64,000 nucleotides of DNA from Candidatus Bathyarchaeota archaeon. Lineage in GTDB: Archaea > Thermoproteota > Bathyarchaeia > Bathyarchaeales > Bathycorpusculaceae. This document shows positions 53,414 through 63,502 of this stretch, piece after piece (the first letter of the stretch is position 1; the number at the start of each line of letters is the position of its first letter). Both the position numbers and the translations under genes were made by a program. The stretch is taken from NCBI GenBank assembly GCA_963717465.1, contig OY970340.1, positions 928,001-992,000 on the forward strand, written 5' to 3'. The notes below the pieces were generated by a model that made no database searches, was not told where the DNA came from, and worked only from the letters and a program-made list of their open reading frames with translations.

Positions 53414-54025
53414 TTGTCAATCGTGGGTTTAGACTTAGCTGGCGTGGAAAATAGACCGACTGGTTTTTGTCTTCTTCGCGGATTATGTTCTGAAACCGCT
53501 TTACTTTACACGAACGATGAAATAATAGGGAAAGTGCAAGAGGCTAAGCCTGTTGTGGTTGCGATTGATGCTCCTTTGAGTTTGCCGCCGGGTAGAAAGA
53601 CGATTCATGATCGCAATGGAAAGCACTTGCGGGAAAGTGACAGTGTGCTTCTGCGAAATGGAATCAAGTTTTTTCCCATAACTCTTGGTCCAATGCGCAA
53701 GTTAACTGAAAGAGGAATTCTCTTAAGAAGCATTCTTGAGGGTAAGCGTTTTACTGTGATTGAGGTTTATCCTGGTGGCGCTCAAGATGTATTTGGAATA
53801 CCAAGAAAACAACGCGGCTTAGATAAACTAAGAGCTGGATTAGAAAAATTAGGCATTACAGGATTGACGAGCAATTTAAGCGACCACGAATTGGATGCTG
53901 CCACTTGTGCCTATGTTGGAAAGCTCTTTTTGGATGGAAAAACTGTACATTTTGGACCTGAAAATGATGCGATAATTATGCCAAAGAGCCCCACTGCAAA
54001 TCATGCCCCGCCTAAACGAAAATGA
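53414..54025 (+). CDS. DUF429 family protein (RNase H-like fold)
   Basis: IVGLDLAG, AIDAPLSLP, R..D, IEVYP, HELDA..CA. Confidence 0.85.
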   Translation: MSIVGLDLAGVENRPTGFCLLRGLCSETALLYTNDEIIGKVQEAKPVVVAIDAPLSLPPGRKTIHDRNGKHLRESDSVLLRNGIKFFPITLGPMRKLTERGILLRSILEGKRFTVIEVYPGGAQDVFGIPRKQRGLDKLRAGLEKLGITGLTSNLSDHELDAATCAYVGKLFLDGKTVHFGPENDAIIMPKSPTANHAPPKRK

Positions 54026-54075
54026 AAATGGAAGCCCGCACCTATTCTGCACGTGCGTAGTCTGAAAAGCGGGGT

Positions 54076-54384
54076 TTACCTTATATAGCTGCATCTTCCG
54101 CTGCTGTGTGATGCTTCTTCATCCAATGAGTTAGCATAGTCTTTGAAGCCTGTGTGAACCCTTGCTCTAATTTCAACGCGCAGCCTTGAAGCATTTTTTG
54201 CCCAGTTCTTCATCATCGTAAAAATCTTGTAAAAATTCATTTGCCTGGCAACGGCTAAGAAAGCAATCATGCCAATAGAAGCGTACAAAGCAGTAAGGGG
54301 ATTGATTGCGACTGCCAGCAAACACACGACGGCAACCAAGGCAACATAAATCATGTTTCTTATTTTTCGCATATCTGTTACCAA
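54076..54384 (-). CDS. Hypothetical membrane protein
   Basis: Two hydrophobic segments; no recognised family. Confidence 0.45.
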   Translation of the reverse strand: MVTDMRKIRNMIYVALVAVVCLLAVAINPLTALYASIGMIAFLAVARQMNFYKIFTMMKNWAKNASRLRVEIRARVHTGFKDYANSLDEEASHSSGRCSYIR

Positions 54385-54545
54385 GGTTTCATAGGAGTAG
54401 GTTGCTAAAGGCTTTTTTACAGTGCGATGGGCATGGGAATGTTTTACGCAAGAGACAAGTTTGTTTCTTCATCTAAAATTATTTGTTAGTTTTGGTCATT
54501 ATTGGGGTTTGACATAGACAAGCGAGAATATGTTTATTTTTGTTT

Positions 54546-54944
54546 TTACTGCCAGATTCTTTTCACCCAATCAATTCTATCGAAATCCTTATCATTAGAA
54601 TAGATTTCGGTGATTTCATATTTCTTCATGATTTGAAGTGAAAGTGAATCAACAAAATCTATCTGCTTATCGCTGACATCTTTCAGAGCTGGAATAAAAC
54701 TATCCCATAAACTCCCAAGTTTATCCAAGGATAAATAAGAATTTATTGCCAAAAGAAAAGTGTGAACTTCTTTTTTGCGGTTATTATACTCTAACCAATC
54801 CACAACTTCCTGGATTACGGCTGTGCTTGTGGCTGCCTGCTCACCTTTTTCGATTCGCTCAAGAATTTTCCGAGAAATTTCAAAGTCTTCTTTAGGAGAT
54901 TTGATTAGGGTATAGATGAAAACGTTCGCATCTACAAACCGCAT
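54546..54944 (-). CDS. vapC: VapC-type PIN-domain toxin
   Basis: FVDANVFIY, V..EV, DFVD, IYSNDKDFD. Confidence 0.88.
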   Translation of the reverse strand: MRFVDANVFIYTLIKSPKEDFEISRKILERIEKGEQAATSTAVIQEVVDWLEYNNRKKEVHTFLLAINSYLSLDKLGSLWDSFIPALKDVSDKQIDFVDSLSLQIMKKYEITEIYSNDKDFDRIDWVKRIWQ

Positions 54945-55224
54945 CTATTGCTTCGCCCTTCGAGTTTTCTTTTTCACTCTGGATGCAGCAGCTTTTCTTT
55001 AATTCATCCTTTATGGGTTCAACTGCTTGTACTTCTGATGCTAATCCAATGAGTGCTTCTGTTGGATTGGCTATTGTATTAGGCGGGAACAGTACTAGTT
55101 TGTTGTTTATTATTTGGAATTCAATTTTGTCGCCTTCTTTAATGTCCAATTTTTGTCTTATGCCAGCGGGTATGGTGATTTTTCCTTTTTGAAGGACTCT
55201 TGCTTGTTCACCCAAATAAATCAC
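54892..55224 (-). CDS. AbrB/MazE-type antitoxin; 3' end probably frameshifted
   Basis: KGKITIPAGIRQKLDIKEGD; directly upstream of PIN gene. Confidence 0.85.
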   Translation of the reverse strand: MIYLGEQARVLQKGKITIPAGIRQKLDIKEGDKIEFQIINNKLVLFPPNTIANPTEALIGLASEVQAVEPIKDELKKSCCIQSEKENSKGEAIDAVCRCERFHLYPNQIS

Positions 55225-55389
55225 CCAATAAATATAATCTAATTTGGTTACCTAAAAAGATTATCTATCATTAACTTATCACTTAAAACCTAATATAGGT
55301 TCCTCAAATGCACCCATAGCTTCCCTCATCCTGAAAGATTATCTGGCTGTATTACCCCTTAATAAAAAAGAAATTTGTTGGTGAATTGG

Positions 55390-55584
55390 ATGAGCGAATG
55401 CCCAAATCTGAAAACCAACTTAGCAGATTGCCCATGCACTTACTCATGCAGCTCGAAGGGTAAATGTTGCGAATGTATAAGAAGCCACAGAGAACATGAT
55501 GAACTTCCAGCCTGCTACTTTTCTCCTGAAGTAGAAAAAACCTATGACAGATCAATAAGAAGATTCATAACGCTCCACAAGTAA
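55390..55584 (+). CDS. Small Cys-rich protein (DUF6485-like)
   Basis: CP...N...[15 protein letters not shown]....ELPACYF....EKTYDRS. Confidence 0.75.
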   Translation: MSECPNLKTNLADCPCTYSCSSKGKCCECIRSHREHDELPACYFSPEVEKTYDRSIRRFITLHK

Positions 55585-55775
55585 CAATATTGCGCCGCTA
55601 AGACATCTGCTCATTTGGGATATGTGTGGGACTAAAACAATGCTGCTAGGCAATACTTGTCCTTTTTCTTCCGCACCAGTAAATAGCCAGCAAAATAAGA
55701 GACTTTTCACACAATCTCAACAGCATACGCCTAATCAATAAATCTGCCAATTGTTTGCTTATAGTAAATCGTAGT

Positions 55776-56090
55776 TTATTTTAATCCTTCAAGTAGTGCT
55801 TTTATTGTGCCTGAAGCCGCTAAAACATTGACTGATGCATCCTTACCAGTTATCTTGGTTATCGAGGCTAAACAGGCTCTAACCAAATTAACGGTTTCAA
55901 GGGATGTACGAATAACAACGATTTTTCGGTCTGCATCAAAATTAATCAGTGCTAAACTCGTTAAACTTGCCCCAACTTCACCGTAAAGCTTGGTAACTGA
56001 ACCCCACAATGCATCCATTAATTCTTTTTCGCTTGGTATCCCTTCAACCTCAAGCTGCAATGCAAGGTAACGACGTTTAGTACGTTTCAA
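55776..56090 (-). CDS. rnp2: RNase P protein Pop5/Rpp14
   Basis: KRRYLA, LYGEVGA, SGTIKAL. Confidence 0.88.
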   Translation of the reverse strand: MKRTKRRYLALQLEVEGIPSEKELMDALWGSVTKLYGEVGASLTSLALINFDADRKIVVIRTSLETVNLVRACLASITKITGKDASVNVLAASGTIKALLEGLK

Positions 56091-56821
56091 CAGTCTTTTC
56101 CTTCTTTAACTACTCGTATTCCAGGAGCAATAAAATCGCGCTTTAGCTTTTCACGGTTACGCTTAACAATTTTCAAGGGTAATGTTGAAACTGCATCCAA
56201 CGCGTTAACTTCATCTAAGCCGAAAAGAAAGCTTAAACTTGCCATATCCCTTGGCATTCTCATAAACCGCTCTTCTCCGACTCCGCTTGAAAGAATAATG
56301 GGTATATGAAATTCTTTGGCGATGCTGATTTCTCGGCGCAAACTCATCAGAAACCTGTTCGAGCTGGGCCTTCCAAAACCAATAATGGTTTAACATCGAC
56401 TTCTAACGCGGCTAAACTGTTGCTGGCTAACTCAGCTTCAGACCTGTCAAAAAAGCGTTTATGATAATCAAAGGATGGAAAATTCAACAAGTCAACACGC
56501 CTGTCTTTTGCAGCTTGGCGTGCAACCTCTTTGCTTTCACAAACAACCGCCGATCATCTCGTATTTGCGCCTGAGTCTTCGAAGATTTTGGGTTAAATCA
56601 TCAGGTGATCTTGGACGCAAATCCACGCGTGAAACAAAATCTATTCCTGCATGGCTGCATGTTTCTTTTATTTCTTCTACTTCTTTTTGAGGTATTTCAA
56701 AATTGAATGGGATTGAAATAACATTGTATCCTAAAGTCGCCGCTTTGTTGATTAAACGTTTAGTCGTTTGTGGGTCTTTTGGGTTAGCGTGTAAGTGTAA
56801 GTCTGCAAAGCACCTAGTCAT
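56087..56821 (-). CDS. rnp3: RNase P protein Rpp30, frameshifted
   Basis: FADLH, ARQAAKDRRVDLL, SSG......MR.PRDM. Confidence 0.85.
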
Positions 56822-57267
56822 GGTAGTAACCCAGTTTTCCTGCAAATTTCAACTATTTCATTAAAAGTTTTGTTTTTAAAATGAATTTTAATATGAATCG
56901 GGTCATTCTGAGCAAACTTGTATGTTCCCGTATATGCTGATTGCTTATCAAAACGCAAGTAAAGATTTCGTTTTTCTAAATGCAGGTTCAAATCATGATC
57001 AAGCGTTTCCTTATCCAACGCTGATAAGCCTGCAGCAATTTTTTCAAGCAGGTTTGGAAGCGCTTTTTTATCCGTTAATGAAGAATTAAAAAGAATGATG
57101 GGGTTTCCATGATGCCCTGTTAAATCGTTTTTTTCAAAAACGGCGGTTTGAGCTAAATCATCCGATAGCAAATTGCGCACTGCGTTTAGGACTTTCTCTA
57201 GGTCTTCGGTTGCGTGTGCAAATACTCTAATGTCAACGTAATCTATTGGTGGTTTAGAAGAAGACAT
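56818..57267 (-). CDS. Exosome-associated RNA-binding protein (DUF54-like)
   Basis: FAHATED.EKV, GHHGNPI, LYLRFDKQ.A. Confidence 0.85.
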   Translation of the reverse strand: MSSSKPPIDYVDIRVFAHATEDLEKVLNAVRNLLSDDLAQTAVFEKNDLTGHHGNPIILFNSSLTDKKALPNLLEKIAAGLSALDKETLDHDLNLHLEKRNLYLRFDKQSAYTGTYKFAQNDPIHIKIHFKNKTFNEIVEICRKTGLLP

Positions 57268-57293
57268 TGTATACCGATTTTGTTTGGCTACTT

Positions 57294-57558
57294 CTAGCTT
57301 TTAGCTTTTTTTCTCGTTTTAGTATCAGCGGCTGGTTTAGGTTCAAGTTTAGCTTGGGCTTCAGCTTTTGACGCATGTGATTTTATTGTTTCAACATTCT
57401 CGTCATGCAATGTTTTTCGTCTGTAATCGATTGGTAAGCCTAATCGTTTAGCTTGCAGTTTATTTACGCCTGCTTTTTCAAGCTCATTTGGGCTAAATCC
57501 TCTGCCTTTTCGCTGTTGTTTCATCCTGTTTAAGTATCATGGGTTTTATATGGTGCAT
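57294..57558 (-). CDS. rpl13e: 50S ribosomal protein L13e, frameshift near start
   Basis: RKGRGFS..EL.KAG, LGLPID.RRKT.H.ENV. Confidence 0.88.
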
Positions 57559-57559
57559 T

Positions 57560-58134
57560 CTACTTTGCTCCTTTTCGTTTGCTTGGTCTAAATTTTTCTG
57601 CTCCTATGCCTCTGTGTCTTAAGCTTCTGACTTTTTTGCCGGCGCTTGTCATGCTTCTGAAAACGCGGCTTGTGTGTTGCTTTTCAGTTATCCAGCTTAA
57701 CATCTTTGTCTGTTTTTATCACTGGACTGTTTGGATCAAGCAGTATGACTTCAAACCATTTGAGATCGTCCATCTTCGCCTACCCAATAACTGTTTAAGA
57801 CTTCCAAGTTCGGAAACTTTTTTCCTGTTCGTTCCTCAGCGATAAGCCTTAAACTCTTAGCGGGCTTAAATTTGGCGACACCCATGCGTTTGGGGCGTCT
57901 TCCTGACCTTGGACGCTGTTTACGTAATCCACCACGTCTAACTTTTGTTCGTGCCATCACGAAGCCTTGTTTTGCTTTGTAGCCTAATTTTCTTGCTTTG
58001 TCAAGTCTTGTGGGTCTTTCAATGCGTATAACTGTTGGTTGTTTTCTCCAAAGAACCAGTCTTTCTCGCATTAGTTCTTCGACAAAGGAGTTTTCTGGTT
58101 TTGACCATTCTTCTGCAATATACTTGTATGCCAT
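57560..58134 (-). CDS. rpl15e: 50S ribosomal protein L15e, frameshifted
   Basis: [39 protein letters not shown]. Confidence 0.95.
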
Positions 58135-58160
58135 TTTTTTACCTCTCAGTTTATGCTTAC

Positions 58161-58204
58161 GGTTCAGCCTTTCGGCCACATCCCAGCGGACATGATTATC
58201 CGCC
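58161..58204 (-). promoter_or_regulatory. Candidate structured 5' leader of rpl15e
   Basis: mRNA strand GGCGGAUA-AUCA-UGUCCGCU then GG-GAUGU-GGCC-GAAA-GGCU-GAA-CC, about 25 nt before the start. Confidence 0.5.
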
Positions 58205-58531
58205 TGCAGAATCCATCATAGCCTAAGGGAGTAAAATAAACCTTTCCAAGAAATGTCATGTTTGAAACTGTTGTACCTGCTTGTTTTAGGCTTGGATATG
58301 AGACTTTTTTTAGCTTTTTGGCTTTATCTTCAGTAATGTATGGGTATTTGAAAAGCCTCTTTTTGATTATTGCCAGTTGGACGAAAGGTTCTTAAGGTAT
58401 TAGGCATCTTCTAAACGGCAAGAAATAGGCAGATTGCGACTGCCCATTCACGGTAACGGCCAGTTTCCCATAGCGATGCTGGTCTGACCATCTGAAAAGG
58501 TTAAAATAGTCCGATGAAGAGGTGAAAAGAT

Positions 58532-58859
58532 ATGGAAAACATTTACGCTGCGATGCTCCTTCACAAGGCAGGAAAAGAAATAAACGAAGAAACAGTAACA
58601 AGCGTTTTAACAGCAGCCGGCATCAACTGTTGATGCAGTGCAGGTTAAAGCGTTAGTAGCTTCCCTTAGCGAAGTAAACATTGATGAAGCAATAAAAGCC
58701 GCTCCGACAATGATGGCAGCAGCTCCAGTAGCAGCTCCAGCAGCAGGCGGCGCGCCAGAACAGAAAGCAGCAGCTCCAGAAGACAAGAAGAAGAAAGCTG
58801 AAGAAGAAAAAGCCAAAGAAGAAGCAGCGCTGGAAGGATTAGGCGCCCTATTCGGGTAA
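58532..58859 (+). CDS. rpl12: Ribosomal stalk protein P1/L12, one frameshift
   Basis: [28 protein letters not shown] hinge, C-terminal EGLGALFG. Confidence 0.93.
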
Positions 58860-58864
58860 AAGCC

Positions 58865-60123
58865 TCAATTTACTTTAACTTTTATTTTTCCCAAATAAAC
58901 AAAAACTGATTCGTTGGGTTCTTCTAAGGATTCTGAAAAACTTTTAGGTTCAACCTTATTCTCGTTCGGCAACGAATCCTGTTTAGGTTGAGTGTTATTC
59001 TTTTGTTTGCGTTTCTGGTAGTATAAAGCAACAGCAACTACAGGTAACCAACCTGTCATTATACATACCGTGGCTGGAAATCCGTGCAATATTGAAAAAA
59101 TTATCTATGGTTGGTAAGAAGAGCTCCCAGATTCCAAAAGCTACTGCTATAACAAAGGCTGTAATATAAGCGGTTCTTTTGCCAAATTTCTTCAACGTTT
59201 GAATCGTAAGAATACCCGCAAAGAAAAAGTCCCCTAAACCAAGACCAATAGGTTCAAAACCACCTATCGTCGTGTACGGGTAATTGGCAGGGGCGTGGAT
59301 AAGTGGTATTATGGGTAACCAAAGCAATACTGGCAGTCCCGCTCCGCTGAATGTCTCTGCGGCTTTAACCATCGGACCAGAGAACACCAAGATAACGTCA
59401 AGAGCCGTTAGGAGACCTGCAAACAGACCAACAGTCTTCCAAGTGAATAATGATGACAAATAGAGAATAATAAGTAAGGCAAATGTAAAGGCAAATACAT
59501 CAAGCAGAAATGGGAACCATAAATCGACGCCGCCAGCATAAAATACGTTGAAGAGTGCAAAAAGCAAAATGAAAAACACTGTCGGTTGAATTGCAATATA
59601 CCATCTTTCTTTGGTCTGGGCATTGCGTTTTTGATCAACTACTAGAATGGCAAAGCAGAAACCAGCGAGAACCAAAAAATGCAGCAGACCGGTAAATCGC
59701 AATTTTGTCAGCAACTGAGCTCAACAAGCTTACGACTGCAAAAATCAGGCTTGCAGCGCCAAAAAATCCTGAAATTAATTGCACTTTCTTCTTTTTGCCG
59801 TCTGAAAAAACATACGCAATCGTAAAAAGCAGTATCGAGTAGGCGATTACAAAGAATGTTACGAAGATGTTCGTGAATAAATCCGCAGGGTTGTACATCG
59901 CTGATACTGCAATAATTACTATAATAACCGCCATTGCAGCAACCAGCATTAAAATGTCTCTTCGGCTAAACTCCTTCTCCTCAACAGTGCTCTTCAACTT
60001 ATTTTCCACACGATCGTTAAGAAACAGAGCCGCCAAGATCACGCCTAATAACACAATCGGCATGCCAATATCGACATATACCACGAGCATAAAAGCAAAG
60101 TAACCAAACCAACATTTATTCAT
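58865..60123 (-). CDS. Presenilin/SPP-like GxGD intramembrane aspartyl protease, frameshifted; start uncertain
   Basis: LDVILVF, GLGLGDFFFAG, FPA..; multiple TM helices. Confidence 0.75.
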
Positions 60124-60154
60124 TTAGCCAATCTTAACTAAAAGCCAAGGAAAA

Positions 60155-61009
60155 TCATCCTTGGAAGTCAATATTGAAGACTGCCAGGGTGGCTAAAATT
60201 GCCTCCTCTGTTCGAACCGTCGCTGTGCCTTGATTGGGAATCGTATTAACAATAAAATCGACTTTATCCTGCAGTTTCACCCCTTCATCTTTAACAATTT
60301 CGTGCAAACCTCGTGTGGGCGGTCCAAACGCTACAAGAACATGTTTAGCGGTTGACCATTTTTCACCTATTTTTTCCCACACCTGCAGGAAACTTTTGCC
60401 TTTCTTGGAGGTTGCAATTGTTAAATCAAAATTTCCCCTCTCCAGAAGCTTTACGAAAGACTGTTTCTCAACAAGGACTCTGAATCCCCAGTATTCAGCT
60501 ATGTCCTCGCGGTTTACGGCTTGAACTTCCACTGATTCCCCAACCTTCAACGCCTGCAAAGTTAAACGTTCACCAACGGAGAACTGCTGCTCTCTCAAAA
60601 GCGCTGGATGGTCGACTCCGATATCCACCAGCAGTCCTTCTTTTGACTGGGATAAAACTATGCCTTCACGGTACTCACCCACCTTCAAATCCACAATTTT
60701 GCCGCTTAACGGGTGATGCGGCGTACGCAACGGAGGCAAAATACCCGCAAACTGCAAGTCAGGCTCCAACTTGTAAAGTCGCTTGCGTAAATATTGAGGG
60801 GTCTCCAAGTAATTCAGCAAAAGAGCAATAAACTCTAAATCCTTTCTTTGATCAACCTTCAAATTATCAGAGTAAATGTAGATTTCATCCACTCCGAAAA
60901 TTGCGGCTGCCCGACCGATTAAGCCTATTTTCGACGTTTTTTCTCGCAAATGAGGTGTATCAGAAATAACGGAGGCTGGAATAGCAATAGCAAGTTTTTT
61001 TTGCATCAT
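60155..61009 (-). CDS. SPOUT-family RNA methyltransferase (DUF171-like)
   Basis: AIPAS, IGRAAAIFGVDEI, YLETPQYLRK, GILPPLRTPHH, NTIP.QGT.TVRTEEA. Confidence 0.9.
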   Translation of the reverse strand: MMQKKLAIAIPASVISDTPHLREKTSKIGLIGRAAAIFGVDEIYIYSDNLKVDQRKDLEFIALLLNYLETPQYLRKRLYKLEPDLQFAGILPPLRTPHHPLSGKIVDLKVGEYREGIVLSQSKEGLLVDIGVDHPALLREQQFSVGERLTLQALKVGESVEVQAVNREDIAEYWGFRVLVEKQSFVKLLERGNFDLTIATSKKGKSFLQVWEKIGEKWSTAKHVLVAFGPPTRGLHEIVKDEGVKLQDKVDFIVNTIPNQGTATVRTEEAILATLAVFNIDFQG

Positions 61010-61100
61010 TTTGTTCGCCTTTATGATCAGGTGTTATTATATGTACGTTCAGCTTAAAAGTCTGGGATGCGATATAAAACTGCGGGTTACCCCTCGAGGA

Positions 61101-62213
61101 ATGAAGTTGGCAACACCCATTTTAGATGACAATAAAAAAATAAATTCAGTTGATAAGAGTAGTATGCTTGCTTTCTGCACTGATATGGCAAAGCATTACC
61201 TTGACTCTTCAAAGACTGCAAACTCCATTAAAATTAGCTATCCAAAGCCTGATAATATAATAATTGCTGGCATGGGCGGCTCGGCAATCGGTGGCGATCT
61301 ACTGAAAGATTGGGCAAGAAACAAAACAAAAGTGCCCATCGAAGTAAGCCGAGAATACCATCTTCCAGCCTACGCAAACAAAAAAACCCTTGTGTTAATA
61401 ACCAGCTATTCGGGCGACACGGAAGAATCCTTAAGCGCTTTTCTTGACGCCATAAAAAAGAAATGCATGGTTTTCTGCGTCAGTTCAGGCGGTGACCTGC
61501 TTAAATATGCAGAGAAATTCAAGCTTCCGTGTGTGCAGGTCAAAGGCGGCATGCCTCCCCGGGCAGCGCTTCCTCACCTTTTTGCTCCATTGCTTTCTGT
61601 TTTTGAGAAAATGGGCTTGGTTGAAGATGCAAAACAAGAGTTTTCTGAAGCTGTCACAGTACTAAAACAAGTGTGCAGTGACAATTCACCAAATAAGCCT
61701 TCAAAAGAGAACCCAGCTAAAACCTTAGCCGCTAACATTAATGGGACTGCTCCATTGGTTTACGGTTTTGGGTTTTATCGCAGCGTAGCTCAACGTTTCA
61801 AGCAGCAATTCAATGAAAACTGCAAGATTCCTGCAAAATGGGAGTTTTTCCCTGAGCTTGACCATAACGAGATTGTTGGTTGGGAAAAATCAGGCGACCT
61901 TTCACCATATTTCTCCGCGATTTTCATCAGGGACAAGGCTGAACCCGTTGAAATTCGAAGCAGAATTGAAACTACCCAAAAAATTATGCAACCTACTGGG
62001 GTAAAAATGCTTGAAGTGCAAAGCCGTGGCGAAAGCATACTGGCAAAAATGCTTTCAACCATATGCATCGGTGACTTTACAAGCGTATATCTGTCAGTTT
62101 TACGCGGAGTTGACCCAACACCAGTTGAAACGATAACTCATCTGAAAACATCCCTTCAAGAGAATGGGGTGAAAAAGAAAATTCTAAGCGAACTCAGCAG
62201 CATAAAAGCTTAA
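61101..62213 (+). CDS. Bifunctional phosphoglucose/phosphomannose isomerase
   Basis: AGMGGSAIGG, SYSGDTEE, PRAALP, RFK.QFNEN.K, PELDHNEIVG, GVDPTPV. Confidence 0.9.
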   Translation: MKLATPILDDNKKINSVDKSSMLAFCTDMAKHYLDSSKTANSIKISYPKPDNIIIAGMGGSAIGGDLLKDWARNKTKVPIEVSREYHLPAYANKKTLVLITSYSGDTEESLSAFLDAIKKKCMVFCVSSGGDLLKYAEKFKLPCVQVKGGMPPRAALPHLFAPLLSVFEKMGLVEDAKQEFSEAVTVLKQVCSDNSPNKPSKENPAKTLAANINGTAPLVYGFGFYRSVAQRFKQQFNENCKIPAKWEFFPELDHNEIVGWEKSGDLSPYFSAIFIRDKAEPVEIRSRIETTQKIMQPTGVKMLEVQSRGESILAKMLSTICIGDFTSVYLSVLRGVDPTPVETITHLKTSLQENGVKKKILSELSSIKA

Positions 62214-63274
62214 GCGTTTTCAGCGATGAACTTTGCGAATTCGTCCTCAGCAGTTTCGATTGAAACTAGGTGTGGTGGATGTTTAAATCCGTAAGCGCAG
62301 ATTGGCGCTACTGGTCCGTTGAGTTTCTTGTTTAAGGCGATTTTAACTGCTCTGACAACATCGAATAGTACGCTGCCTGCGTTTGGTGCGTCAACTGTTG
62401 AAAACTTGAGGTCGATTTTTAATGGTGCATTGCAGAAGTATACGCCGCTTATCCAGAAGTAACTGTCTCGTTTGTTTTGAAGAAAATCAACATAATCCGT
62501 GGAGCCAGCAACTACTTCCGTCTTGTAAGGCAATGAAGCTGACACTGATTCAGTCTTAATCGCACGTTTAACGTCACGTGTGCGCTCATGCGTATCCGCA
62601 GATTCTGTTCCCCCACCTACATCCAACTGGTAAGTCTCATTAATTCGCACGCCATTCATAGACAAAAGCTTCAGCAATGTTTTATGCAACGCAGTTGATC
62701 CCGCTTGATCAACCAAGTCATCTCCGACAAGAGGAAGCTTTGCTGTTTCAAACCGTTTTGTCCACGAAGGATCGCTTGCAATAAAATTAGGCGTTGCATT
62801 AACGAACGCGCATCCAGCTGCTATTGCTTGTTCAGCATAATATTTTGTGGCATTCGTCGCCCCACTTGGAAGCAAATTAACCATGACTTCAGCGCCTGAA
62901 TCCTTTAGGATTTTAGCAATGTTAGAGTCTGGTTTACTGCTAACTTGAACCATGGCTTGCGTTGATTTCCCAACACCATCAAGCAGCGGCCCCTTGTTAA
63001 CAATCACACCCTTCACTGAAACTGGGTCACATACTCTTGGAGCGTTATTTGGCTTTGCAAAAATTGCTTCTGAGAGGTCTTTGCCCACTTTTCGTTCATC
63101 AACATCTAAAGCAGCAACAACCTGAATATCTTTCGGGGTCATACCAGCTAACGTTGGGTTGCGAAGTCCAATTGCATCTTTTTCACTTTTAATATTGCCA
63201 TAGTACTGTAAGCCTTGAATAAAGGCTGAAGCGCAGTTCCCAACGCCCACCAATGCAACTTTAACCTTAACCAA
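62210..63274 (-). CDS. ino1: myo-Inositol-1-phosphate synthase family protein
   Basis: VGVGNCASA..QG..Y, KVGKDL..AIF, FVNA.P.FIA, GDD, YQL.VGG, D.PN.G. Confidence 0.85.
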   Translation of the reverse strand: MVKVKVALVGVGNCASAFIQGLQYYGNIKSEKDAIGLRNPTLAGMTPKDIQVVAALDVDERKVGKDLSEAIFAKPNNAPRVCDPVSVKGVIVNKGPLLDGVGKSTQAMVQVSSKPDSNIAKILKDSGAEVMVNLLPSGATNATKYYAEQAIAAGCAFVNATPNFIASDPSWTKRFETAKLPLVGDDLVDQAGSTALHKTLLKLLSMNGVRINETYQLDVGGGTESADTHERTRDVKRAIKTESVSASLPYKTEVVAGSTDYVDFLQNKRDSYFWISGVYFCNAPLKIDLKFSTVDAPNAGSVLFDVVRAVKIALNKKLNGPVAPICAYGFKHPPHLVSIETAEDEFAKFIAENA

Positions 63275-63502
63275 TTAATGGCACCTGCTGGCTTTTCCTT
63301 AGATACATTGTATTATAAAAAGTTACGTAGTAGTGAGAGCAGTTTTTGGGCCAAAATATTTAGTTGCTTGGAATAAATTGCCTATTTTCCCAATTTGTAG
63401 TGTCAATTGAGGTATAAGCAGTTTAAGTTGTTAAAGTCTGCTTTTCATTATGGCAACGTTTTAATTGCTAGCAGCATCTAAGCTAAAAAAAGGGTAACAA
63501 AA

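Noticed and set aside
58620..58640. TGT-TGA-TGC in rpl12 as a C-U-C motif
   Set aside because: The protein resumes in a different frame (VDAVQVKAL); the stalk protein has no Cys/Sec site here.
58715..58830. GCAGCAGCTCCAG repeats as CRISPR-like
   Set aside because: They encode the Ala/Pro hinge of ribosomal P1; no regular spacers and no cas genes.
235..62899. Numerous antisense ORFs in the track (e.g. 39934..40467, 30214..30648, 47378..47797)
   Set aside because: Shadows of well-supported genes on the opposite strand with no recognisable motifs.
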